Assembly (NCBI GenBank): GCA_022820625.1
Contig: JAJEFE010000077.1
Coordinates: 96,126 to 160,125 of the forward strand
Source of the DNA: Gammaproteobacteria bacterium
GTDB lineage: Bacteria; Pseudomonadota; Gammaproteobacteria; Steroidobacterales; Rariloculaceae
DNA: 64,000 bases
Direction of reading: 5' to 3'
Within the stretch, counting starts at the first letter, position 1. Each line of letters starts with the position of its first letter. The notes under the pieces are model-generated. The model was not told where the DNA came from and did no database searches. It worked only from the letters and a program-made list of their open reading frames with translations. This document shows, in pieces, positions 34,780 to 43,405 of the stretch. The translations under genes and the position numbers were made by a program.

Positions 34780-36024
34780 ATGTCCAGACGCGGATCCTCA
34801 AGCGGTGGAGGCCTCGCCGCACGGCGGGCGTTCCTGCGATACCTGGCCGGGATGCCGGTCGTCGCGGGCTCCGGGTTGCTTCCCCTGCTGGCCGAAAAAA
34901 TCCTGGCGGACGAACTGCCGACGGATTTGATCGAGTCGGCCGGAGATGCGCTCAATGTCTTCGATTTCGAGCCGGTTGCCAAGACGCGCATGTTGCCCGC
35001 CCACTACGGCTATACGGTTTCCGGAACCGATGACGACGAGACCCTGCTGGCCAATCGCGAGGGCTTCCGCCGCTATCGAATCCGAGTGCGGCGTCTGGTG
35101 GACGCCCGCGAAGCAGATACTTCCACCCGTGTCTTCGGCATCCCATGGAGCAACCCCATCGCGCTTGCGCCGGTGGGCGGGCAGGCGAAGTACCATCCGG
35201 ATGCCGAAGTGGCTGCCGCGCACGCCGCCAGGGCGGGCGGGCATACGCAGATTCTCTCCACCATGACCAGCCGCAGCATCGAGGACGTCGCCGCCGCCAG
35301 GAACGAACCCGTCTGGTTCCAGCTTTATCCGACCAACTACTGGCGCGTTGCCGAGGCCCTGGTCAAGCGTGCCGAGCAGGCCGGGAGCCCGGTGGTGGCG
35401 GTCACCGTGGACCGTTCGGCGCCCCGTAACATGGAGACCTACGAGCGGTACGCGCGCTCGGACGCCACAGACTGCACGGCGTGCCACATTCCCGGTGCAA
35501 CGCCTCAGCAAAGGCTCCGCAACCGGGGCGTTTGGACGGGGATCGATCTGGACGGCATCGAGAGCACGCAGGCGACAGGGCTCACGTGGGAGTTCGTCGA
35601 CCGACTGAAGTCGGCGACGTCCATGCAGGTGGTGCTCAAGGGAATCGTCACTGCCGAGGACGCGACGATGTGCCTGCAGCACGGTGTGGACGGGATCATC
35701 GTCTCCAATCACGGCGGCCGTTCCGAGGCCAGCGGCCGTTCCACCATCGAGAGCCTGCCGGAAATCGTTGCTGCGGTTAATGGGCAAATCCCGGTTCTGA
35801 TCGACGGTGGCTTTCGCAGGGGTACGGATATCTTCAAGGCGCTGGCGTTGGGCGCCGATGCGGTGTGCGTCGGCAGGCCCTACGTGTGGGGACTGGGGGC
35901 ATTCGGTCAGGCGGGCGTCGAGCAGGTGCTCAGCCTGTTGCGGGCTGAATTCCGCCGGGTCATGCGGGAAGTCGGCGTGACTTCGGTCGCGCAGATCGAC
36001 AGCTCCTGTATCGAGAGCGCCTGA
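34780..36024 (+). CDS. FMN-dependent alpha-hydroxy-acid dehydrogenase/oxidase family protein with a twin-arginine signal
   Basis: GGLAARRAFLRYLAGMPVVAG (Tat-like). FDFEPVAK..., IVSNHGGRS and DGGFRRGTDIFKALALGA are family hallmarks. AGGAG RBS before ATG 34780. Confidence 0.85.
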   Translation: MSRRGSSSGGGLAARRAFLRYLAGMPVVAGSGLLPLLAEKILADELPTDLIESAGDALNVFDFEPVAKTRMLPAHYGYTVSGTDDDETLLANREGFRRYRIRVRRLVDAREADTSTRVFGIPWSNPIALAPVGGQAKYHPDAEVAAAHAARAGGHTQILSTMTSRSIEDVAAARNEPVWFQLYPTNYWRVAEALVKRAEQAGSPVVAVTVDRSAPRNMETYERYARSDATDCTACHIPGATPQQRLRNRGVWTGIDLDGIESTQATGLTWEFVDRLKSATSMQVVLKGIVTAEDATMCLQHGVDGIIVSNHGGRSEASGRSTIESLPEIVAAVNGQIPVLIDGGFRRGTDIFKALALGADAVCVGRPYVWGLGAFGQAGVEQVLSLLRAEFRRVMREVGVTSVAQIDSSCIESA

Positions 36025-37802
36025 TGTCGAGCCGACACGGGCGATCGAGGCTCCTCAATGCATTGGGCTGCGGGGTATTCGCCGCGTCGCTGGTTGCCTG
36101 CACCGAGCAGGCGTCAACGCCGCGGTACGCCGACGCGATCGTGGTGGGCGCCGGTCTGTCGGGACTCGCCGCCGCCGTGGAAATGGGCGGCGAAGGCGTT
36201 AACGTGGTTCTCCTTGACATGAATTCCGTCATGGGCGGGCACGCCGTAATGGCCGGTGGTTTCGCCATCGTCGATACGCCCATTCAGCACGAGGCGGGAT
36301 TCGAGGACTCGGCCGAAAAGGCGTATGTGGACTGGATGGATTGGACCGATGACGGCGATCCAGCGTGGACGCGTTACTACGCCGAAAACTCCCGGACGAT
36401 GATCTACGACTGGATGGCCGAAATGGGCGTGGATTTCGTGCGCGTGCAGGCGGGCCACGAGAACAGCGTGCCGCGATTCCATTTCACTCCGAGGGGTGCG
36501 CTCGACGTGGTTCTCGCGCTTTACCGCGAGGCGCTCGCGCTGCCGGACGTCGCCTTCGAGTGGAACGAGAAGGTGCAATCGCTGGTTGTCGAGGACGGGC
36601 GCGTGACCGGCGTGACCACGCGGAATTTGCGTACCGGTGTCGAACGCACCCTGTTGGCGCCGAACGTGGTACTGGCCACCGGCGGTTTCGAAGGTAACCT
36701 GGAACGGGTGCTGGAATACTGGCGAACGGATTTGCCGAAGCCCGACCGTTTGCTCCTGGGCGCGTCGATTCACGCCACCGGAACCGGCCACGATATGGCC
36801 GAGGAAGCCGGCGCCGATCTGACCTGGATGAACCGCCACTACATCTATACCAACGGCATGGTGGACCCTCGCGATCCGGAGCAGACGCTGGCCATTACCG
36901 CAGGGAACAATGCAGCGCTCTGGGTCAATGCCCAGGGCCGGCGCTTCACCAACGAAGCGGGGTTCGACAAGACGATCCTGGCGCATGTCCTTGACCAGGA
37001 GCCGACGACCTATTGGATGATTTTCGACGAATCCTCCAGGCACGCGTTTTCCATGCGAGGCCGCGAGTGGATCAACAACCCCACTGACGGCCATGCCGTT
37101 CTCGACCATCCCGAGGCGACGATCAGGGCGGATTCGCTTGAGCAACTGGCCTCGACGACGGGACTTCCCCCGGACCCGCTGAAGTCCAGCGTGGAGCGCT
37201 TCAATGCACTCATCGATGCCGGCGTCGACGAGGATTTTGGCCGCTTTGCCCACCCTGACGAGGCGCCGCCGAAAATCGATCAGGCGCCGTTCTACGCCAT
37301 CCAGTTTTTCCCGATGCCGCGCAAAAGCATGGGCGGCGTCGCCATAGACATGCAGGCAAGGGCGTTGGACGACGCGGGCGAAGTCGTACCGGGGCTCTAC
37401 GCGGTGGGCGAACTCACCGGCAGTGTCGGGATCAACGGCACCCACGGCATGGACGGCATGTTTCTCGGCCCGGCGTTGGTCACGGGGCGCATCGCCGGTC
37501 GCACCATAGCGGATGTGGTTACGGCAGATATTTCCCGGAAACCCATCGCGGAAGTTTCGCCACTGGCGCCGATGTCCGATGCCGGCCCGTGGGAACCGGC
37601 ATTGACGGCGGACGATCTCGAAGGGTTGATAGCCCTGAAGCGCGACGGTTACTGGCACTTCGAAGTATCCCATGAACTCGCCCTGGAGAGGGACTACGAG
37701 TGCGTACTCTGCCACTCGGCGCAGATGCCCTTCGCGCCGTTGGACAACAGGCAAAGCCTCCTGGCCCAAAGTGAGGTCTGCGGGAACTGTCACGGCAGGT
37801 AG
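36024..37802 (+). CDS. Lipoprotein flavocytochrome: FAD_binding_2 (fumarate-reductase/KstD-like) flavoprotein with a C-terminal dihaem tail
   Basis: Start overlaps the upstream stop (TGATG). Lipobox SLVAC. DAIVVGAGLSGLAAA dinucleotide fold, and YAVGELTGS. C-terminal CVLCH and CGNCH. Confidence 0.8.
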   Translation: MSSRHGRSRLLNALGCGVFAASLVACTEQASTPRYADAIVVGAGLSGLAAAVEMGGEGVNVVLLDMNSVMGGHAVMAGGFAIVDTPIQHEAGFEDSAEKAYVDWMDWTDDGDPAWTRYYAENSRTMIYDWMAEMGVDFVRVQAGHENSVPRFHFTPRGALDVVLALYREALALPDVAFEWNEKVQSLVVEDGRVTGVTTRNLRTGVERTLLAPNVVLATGGFEGNLERVLEYWRTDLPKPDRLLLGASIHATGTGHDMAEEAGADLTWMNRHYIYTNGMVDPRDPEQTLAITAGNNAALWVNAQGRRFTNEAGFDKTILAHVLDQEPTTYWMIFDESSRHAFSMRGREWINNPTDGHAVLDHPEATIRADSLEQLASTTGLPPDPLKSSVERFNALIDAGVDEDFGRFAHPDEAPPKIDQAPFYAIQFFPMPRKSMGGVAIDMQARALDDAGEVVPGLYAVGELTGSVGINGTHGMDGMFLGPALVTGRIAGRTIADVVTADISRKPIAEVSPLAPMSDAGPWEPALTADDLEGLIALKRDGYWHFEVSHELALERDYECVLCHSAQMPFAPLDNRQSLLAQSEVCGNCHGR

Positions 37803-37842
37803 CGTCACAAGGATCGCGCAGGTGGCCTTTATTCGAGTGTGT

Positions 37843-37885
37843 CCGTTGTGGACGCAACGGCAACGCGGACGTGAATGCCGCGTTG
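37843..37885 (+). terminator. Twin GC-rich hairpins after the flavocytochrome gene (candidate terminator or REP-like element; no U-tract)
   Basis: CCGTTG-tggacg-CAACGG is followed directly by CAACGCGG-acgtgaatg-CCGCGTTG. Confidence 0.3.
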
Positions 37886-37981
37886 AAAATCATGGCGTCG
37901 GCGACAAGAATTCAAGTCCCATCTGATATTCTTGCGACGAACGAAAACCGAACACCCATGGAAGTCATGGTATGAGTCCCA

Positions 37982-39097
37982 GTGAATGACTCAATCGCAA
38001 TTTCCCAAGGCAGGATTTACGGTCATTGCGCAGCGGTACTGGTGCTGATCGCCTTTGCGGCTGCAGGGCCGGTTCGTGCCCATCATTCGTTTGCGGCGGA
38101 ATACGATCCCGATAGGCATGGCACGCTGCGGGGCGAAATCGTCGATGTGCAGTTCGTCAATCCCCACGTGCGCTATCGTATCCGCGCGGAGCTGGAAAGC
38201 GGGTCCGTCGAAGAATGGGAACTGCAGACCCACAACGTCCGGACCATGGTGCGCATGGGGTGGACAGCCGGGACGATCGAGGTGGGCGACCGTATCGAAG
38301 TCTCGGGCGCACTGGGTCGTAACGGTGTCAGGAAACTCTCGATGGATTCGGTCGTTCTGGCCGATGGCACGCGATTCGAGCCGCGCGGCGGCGAGGTTGC
38401 CGATGCCTATACGACGAGTGAGATCAACGCCGATCCGAACCAGTCATACGGGGTCGTCACCAACGCTTATCCGATCGACATCACCGGGCTCTGGGACAAT
38501 ACCTATCGATTCAGGTTGACGGTGGACGACCTGGAACCCAGGCCAACGCCGTTCACACCTGAGGGCAAGGCCGCATTCGAGGCCAACGAAAACTGGCGCG
38601 ATCCCAGCAAGAGTTGCCGCTCGGGCGGGTTGCCGAGACTCTTCGGTTCGCCCACGAACATGGAAATCCTCGATGTCGGCGACTATTACCTGATCACCCA
38701 GGCAAATCGGCCCCGAAGGATCTGGATGGATGGGCGCACGGCGCCGCCGCCCGGTTCTGCCCCGAGTCCCATGGGGTTTTCGACCGGGCGCTGGGAAGAT
38801 GAGGTTCTTGTCATCGAGACCACTCATCTCGAGCCCGGCTGGCTGGATGGGTCCGGACTGCCGATGGCAGGCGTTGGCACCCGGCTTGTCGAGACCTATA
38901 CCATCAGCGAGGATCGGCTGAGCATGGAACGGCGGATGACCATCCACGATCCCAACTACACCGAGCCGTTGGTGCGTGTACGAGGTTCTGCCCGCAACGA
39001 CGACCTGCAATTCGTGCTGGATCCCGGCTGCGACCCTCGAGGCTACTATCGCGACTTGCAGCAGCAGGGTCTGATCGAAGCGCTTTGGGAGAACTGA
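37982..39097 (+). CDS. Exported two-module protein: DUF6152-like HHS/NPH N-module fused to the GRWE/Cys-pair C-module
   Basis: GTG start. ...AFAAAGPVRA then HHSFAAEYD, FVNPHVRY, KSCRSGGLP, GFSTGRWEDEVLVIETTHL and DPGCDP. Confidence 0.7.
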   Translation: MNDSIAISQGRIYGHCAAVLVLIAFAAAGPVRAHHSFAAEYDPDRHGTLRGEIVDVQFVNPHVRYRIRAELESGSVEEWELQTHNVRTMVRMGWTAGTIEVGDRIEVSGALGRNGVRKLSMDSVVLADGTRFEPRGGEVADAYTTSEINADPNQSYGVVTNAYPIDITGLWDNTYRFRLTVDDLEPRPTPFTPEGKAAFEANENWRDPSKSCRSGGLPRLFGSPTNMEILDVGDYYLITQANRPRRIWMDGRTAPPPGSAPSPMGFSTGRWEDEVLVIETTHLEPGWLDGSGLPMAGVGTRLVETYTISEDRLSMERRMTIHDPNYTEPLVRVRGSARNDDLQFVLDPGCDPRGYYRDLQQQGLIEALWEN

Positions 39098-39237
39098 TTG
39101 CGCATTTCAATTCGTTTCCGGGAGATTTTGGTGGGCGTCGCGGCGGCATTCGCCGCATGCGGGTTCGTTATTCGTGTTTCCACGAAGCCCTGGTGGAGGG
39201 CGACGCGATCACTGCGACAGGGCACCGGGTACCGGAC

Positions 39238-40989
39238 ATGAGCCGGCTTGAAATGAAGGCGGAGACCGCACTTCTGGTTCTTGTCTGTTCCACCCTGCCC
39301 GCGCTTGCGCAAGAGCGCCCGACAACCCCCGTTACGGATGCGATGCTGCAGGACCCCGACCCTGCCGACTGGCTCATGTGGCGCCGCACGCTGAACCAAT
39401 GGGGGCACAGCCCTCTGGATCAGGTCAACAGAGGCAATGCCGGCGAACTGGAACTGGTCTGGTCGCGGCCGCTGCATTCGGGCGTTCAGGAAGGCACACC
39501 GCTCGTCTATGACGGGGTCATGTTCTTTCCCAATCCCAGTGATGTCATTCAGGCCATGGATGCGGCCACGGGCGAATTGTTCTGGGAGTACGCCCGTGCC
39601 CTGCCGACGGATCTGAACGTCTACTTTCCAGCGCCCGGCATCAACCGGAATCTGGCGATTTACGAGAACAAGATCATCAATACCAGCGCGGACGACTACC
39701 TCTTTGCGCTCGACATGGCCACGGGCGAGCTGGTCTGGGAACACCTGATCATGGACTACCGGGCCGGCGCCCAGCACACCTCGGGCCCGATCATCGGCGA
39801 CGGCAAGATCATTTCCGGACGGGGCTGCGAACCGGAGGGCGGGCCGGACGCCTGCGTCATCATGGCGCACGACGGCTCCAGCGGCGAGGAACTGTGGCGC
39901 ACACGGACCATTCCGGCGCCGAGTGAGCCCGGCGGCGACTCGTGGGGGGATGTTCCCTTCGAGGCGCGCTGGCACGTCGGAACGTGGATGGTGCCGAGCT
40001 ACGATCCGGAACTGCAGCGCGTTTTCATCGGTACATCGGTCACCTCGCCGGCGCCTAAATTCATGCTCGCCGGCAACGATTACCAGTACCTCTATCACAA
40101 TTCCACCCTGTCGCTGGACGCTGTCACCGGCGAGATCGTGTGGTACTACCAGCACCTGGTGGATCACTGGGACCTGGACCATCCGTTCGAGCGGTTGCTG
40201 GTGGACACCGTGGTGGCGCCAAACCCCGACGCGGTCCGCTGGATCAACCCGGATCTGCAGTCCGGAGTGGTCCGCCAGGTGGTCACGGGGATCCCCGGGA
40301 AAACAGGAATCGTTTACACGCTCGACCGGGATACGGGCGAGTTTCTCTGGGCGACGCCGACAGTGGCACAAACGGTAGTCGAGAGTATTGACGGCGCTAC
40401 CGGCGCCGTCCACGTAGCGCAGGACATGCTCTTTACGGGTGCGGAGCAGACGCTTTTCGTCTGCCCGGCAACCTACGGCGGGAAGAACTGGCCCGCCGGC
40501 GCCTACAGCCCGGCTTCCAACACCATGTACATGCCGCTTCAGAACACGTGCATGAACATTCGGTCCACGGCGGAAGAGCCCAGCCTGGACGAACTCTACG
40601 CGATCGACCCGGCCCGGGAAATCACGCCCGGAGAGGAATACGTCGGTACGGTGCGCGCCATTTCCGCCGAAACCGGCGTGACATCCTGGACCTACGAACA
40701 ACCCGCCGGCATTGCCTCGCTGATCGTCACGGATGGCGGACTGGTCTTTGCCGGCGACGCCGCCGGCTGGTTCCGGGCGCTGGACCAGATGACGGGCGAG
40801 GTGCTCTGGGAGACGGATCTCGGTGCCCAGGTAACAGGATACCCGGTGACCTATGCCGTGGACGGCAAGCAGTATGTTGCCGTCAGTACCGGCGGTTCCC
40901 TGACCCTGATGGGGCTGAATCGGCTGGTTTCCGAGGATCTTCGGGCCGGCACCGACACCAATCTGTTCGTCTTCGCGCTGCCGGATTGA
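39238..40989 (+). CDS. PQQ-dependent dehydrogenase (quinoprotein alcohol/sugar dehydrogenase family)
   Basis: Signal peptide. DWLMWRRTLNQWGHSPLDQVNRGNAGELELVWS, repeated W-motif propeller blades, and a C-terminal GYPVTYAVDGKQYVAV. Confidence 0.85.
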   Translation: MSRLEMKAETALLVLVCSTLPALAQERPTTPVTDAMLQDPDPADWLMWRRTLNQWGHSPLDQVNRGNAGELELVWSRPLHSGVQEGTPLVYDGVMFFPNPSDVIQAMDAATGELFWEYARALPTDLNVYFPAPGINRNLAIYENKIINTSADDYLFALDMATGELVWEHLIMDYRAGAQHTSGPIIGDGKIISGRGCEPEGGPDACVIMAHDGSSGEELWRTRTIPAPSEPGGDSWGDVPFEARWHVGTWMVPSYDPELQRVFIGTSVTSPAPKFMLAGNDYQYLYHNSTLSLDAVTGEIVWYYQHLVDHWDLDHPFERLLVDTVVAPNPDAVRWINPDLQSGVVRQVVTGIPGKTGIVYTLDRDTGEFLWATPTVAQTVVESIDGATGAVHVAQDMLFTGAEQTLFVCPATYGGKNWPAGAYSPASNTMYMPLQNTCMNIRSTAEEPSLDELYAIDPAREITPGEEYVGTVRAISAETGVTSWTYEQPAGIASLIVTDGGLVFAGDAAGWFRALDQMTGEVLWETDLGAQVTGYPVTYAVDGKQYVAVSTGGSLTLMGLNRLVSEDLRAGTDTNLFVFALPD

Positions 40990-41104
40990 GCGCGGCGTTG
41001 CAGTTCGATGGCCCGGCTGTAATAGCGGGTCACGTCGTGGCCGAGCCCGATAGCGAGAGGTTGCACAGGAGATCGGATCTCGATCCGCGAATGGCCGGCG
41101 CCGC

Positions 41105-42736
41105 TCATTCGCACATGAAGTTGCCGGCAACCCAGTTCACCGGGTCATTCGGATCGCCATTACCGATGTAGGCCGCCCGTTGGGGGTGCGGACAAACGAT
41201 CCGTTCATTATCCACGATGCCGTCGGTCAGGCGCTGAACTGTCATTGAATCCGGCGCTGTGTCGTTTTCCACCCAGTCAACGATATGCGCCAGCCGGTCC
41301 CAATTGCTCGGGCCGGGTCCGCCCCCGCAGTGGGCCATGCCCGGAATCATGAACAGCCGCACGGCATCTTCCGCAGCCGCGCGGTCGCCGCCGTAGGTTG
41401 TGTCGAGCACATCGTTGTAATAGTCCACGATCGGCTCGGCGGGGATGATCGTGTCGGCCCAGCCATGGTAGATCAGCAGCTTGCCGCCCTCCTGAACCAG
41501 GTAACGCGTCAGGTTCGGATCGTCCGCATCGGTAATGTCGCGCATGGTATCGCCGAGTCCGGCGGTGAAGTCGTCAAAGTCGAATTGCCACCAGGCGTAC
41601 TCCGGCGGTTCGCGGGTGGGATCGGGCGCCAGCGAGAGGTCGGCGGGGCGCGTCGTGGGGACGCCGGGGTCGGTGTCGTAGAAGAGGTAATTCACGTAGT
41701 CGGAGGTCAGTCCCATCTGGCCGGGCCGATGGTTGTTGCCCTGATGCGGAATCACGGCCCTCGGCCAGAGTACCTCGGACCCAAACGACTTGCCCTTGTA
41801 GATTAACCTGCCCCGGGAATCGTGGGGGCCGCTGTAGATGGCCTCAATGGCTGCAAGTTGCGTAGTGGTGAAGCAGTCGTCCGCGTTCACGTCGTTCGGG
41901 CACATTGCGTGGGCAAGATCCCTGACGGGCGAAAAGTCGCAGGACAGGGGGTCGTTGACCACGCGGTCCGTGATCCCGTCATTGGCATCGCATTGGGCGA
42001 GCACGGCTTCGGTCAGCATGTTGGCCTTGGTGAGGCTGTCGAGCTGGCCGTCGCCGGTGGTGTCGAACGCGAGAGCGCCGGCATGGTTGTCCTTGAGCAT
42101 GATCTGCATGTCCCAGTTGTGGGTGAGATTCAAACGCTGCAGGAATGAGGCCGGAGCGCCGGCCACGATGCCGTCGAAGATGGCCGGCAGCCGTTGCGCG
42201 GCCATCAGCCCCTGGCGCCCGCCGGTGGAGCAGCCTTCGTGGTAGGCGTAGTCCGGCAGCCGGCCGTAGTAGGCTCTGATGGCCCTCCTGGCCGCCGTGG
42301 CCGTTACCTCCAGGTGGCGATAGCCGTAGACAATTTCCCCCTGGCGGTTGTTGAACGCCCACGAAGCCCCGGGCTGTGAACCGCTGTCGTGGCCCATGTT
42401 GCTGTTGGCGACCGCGTAGCCCTCGGCAACCCGGTGGGGCGCGTAGTCCAGGTCGCCGTCGTGACCGCCATCGCCCCAGTGGAGGAACCGCCCGTTCCAG
42501 GCTTGCGGTGGCGGCAACTGCACGTAGTAGGTGATGCCGGGAGCCACCAGGCCCTGAACGTGGCAATGGTCGGGAAACCGTTCGTTGGCGGGGCGCCATT
42601 CCGCCCGGTAAAGGGTCAGGTTGCGGGTATCCATCATGCCTTCGCAATGTGCAGCATGGTCGTCCTGAGCGTGGCTGGCGGCGGCGCACGTCAGCCAGCC
42701 GACAAGGACCGCCTGAAGGGCTGCAATCGTTCTCAC
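41105..42736 (-). CDS. Tannase / feruloyl esterase family alpha/beta hydrolase (exported)
   Basis: Signal peptide. YHEGCSTGGRQGLMAAQRLPAIFDGIVAGAPA (GCSTGG nucleophile motif). Confidence 0.85.
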   Translation of the reverse strand: MRTIAALQAVLVGWLTCAAASHAQDDHAAHCEGMMDTRNLTLYRAEWRPANERFPDHCHVQGLVAPGITYYVQLPPPQAWNGRFLHWGDGGHDGDLDYAPHRVAEGYAVANSNMGHDSGSQPGASWAFNNRQGEIVYGYRHLEVTATAARRAIRAYYGRLPDYAYHEGCSTGGRQGLMAAQRLPAIFDGIVAGAPASFLQRLNLTHNWDMQIMLKDNHAGALAFDTTGDGQLDSLTKANMLTEAVLAQCDANDGITDRVVNDPLSCDFSPVRDLAHAMCPNDVNADDCFTTTQLAAIEAIYSGPHDSRGRLIYKGKSFGSEVLWPRAVIPHQGNNHRPGQMGLTSDYVNYLFYDTDPGVPTTRPADLSLAPDPTREPPEYAWWQFDFDDFTAGLGDTMRDITDADDPNLTRYLVQEGGKLLIYHGWADTIIPAEPIVDYYNDVLDTTYGGDRAAAEDAVRLFMIPGMAHCGGGPGPSNWDRLAHIVDWVENDTAPDSMTVQRLTDGIVDNERIVCPHPQRAAYIGNGDPNDPVNWVAGNFMCE

Positions 42737-42944
42737 TTGTCGCCTCCCGTGACGTAATGCGATGATTCCGGGTGCGTTGAAAGACTACGCTGCCCGGGTT
42801 GCTTTGTCGATTTTCCGGATGGATCGAAGATTGGCTTGAAGGTGCCGTGGAGCCGCCAATTTCCCTATACTAGGACCATTGCCAAAACGGAACGGCTCTG
42901 CCTGGAATACGGTTCGCTGTGGTTCCGGTCAGGGAGGAACGGCC

Positions 42945-43286
42945 ATGAAGAGATTGACGGGCGTCCTGTTCCTGGTGGCCATGGCGGCAATCTTTTGTTC
43001 GGCGACGGCACAGGAGCAGGCACGGCGGGGCAAGGTGGTCTACGACTACTGGTGCATCCAGTGTCATGGGAGCTTTCCCGGCACGCCGGGTACGCAGGCC
43101 CTGCAGGTGCTCTACGGAGGGTTGAAGCCCGCCGACCTGGAGGAGCGTACCGACTTGCCGGCAGAACTGGTAAGGCTCTACGTGCGCACCGGTGTTTCCA
43201 TCATGCCGACTTTCCGCAAGACGGAAATCAGCGATGAGGATCTGGAAGCCCTGGTGGCCTACCTCTCGTTCGACTACGAGCCCTAG
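42945..43286 (+). CDS. Small exported monohaem c-type cytochrome
   Basis: AGGGAGG RBS. Signal MKRLTGVLFLVAMAAIFCSATAQ. CIQCH, with a candidate Met ligand in SIMPTF. Confidence 0.8.
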   Translation: MKRLTGVLFLVAMAAIFCSATAQEQARRGKVVYDYWCIQCHGSFPGTPGTQALQVLYGGLKPADLEERTDLPAELVRLYVRTGVSIMPTFRKTEISDEDLEALVAYLSFDYEP

Positions 43287-43405
43287 AAATTGCGGTGGGA
43301 GTACCTCCGCGGGAAGTGGAACCCAGCGACTTCGAAGCCGTGCGCGAGGTGTTCGAAAGTGCCGTGGGGGCGCTTCACGGAATTGACTGACCTCGCCGGG
43401 ACGAC

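Noticed and set aside
39046-41130. Very long minus-strand ORF (694 aa) antisense to the PQQ dehydrogenase. Similar long antisense ORFs occur at 36114-37808, 5188-6648, 46652-47803, 18730-19881, 8523-9833, 44950-46227, 20579-21673 and 2-682.
   Set aside because: Their translations are Arg/Gly/Pro/Ala-rich with no recognisable motifs, whereas the opposite strand encodes clear families. Long shadow ORFs are expected in GC-rich DNA because stop codons are rare in antisense frames.
43299-43394. Short GTG-initiated ORF (about 31 aa, VGVPPREVEPSDFEAVREVFESAVGALHGID) with coding-like codon bias, between the cytochrome c and CoA-transferase genes.
   Set aside because: It is too short, has no RBS or recognisable motif, and could equally be chance or a gene remnant. 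I could not support it from sequence alone.
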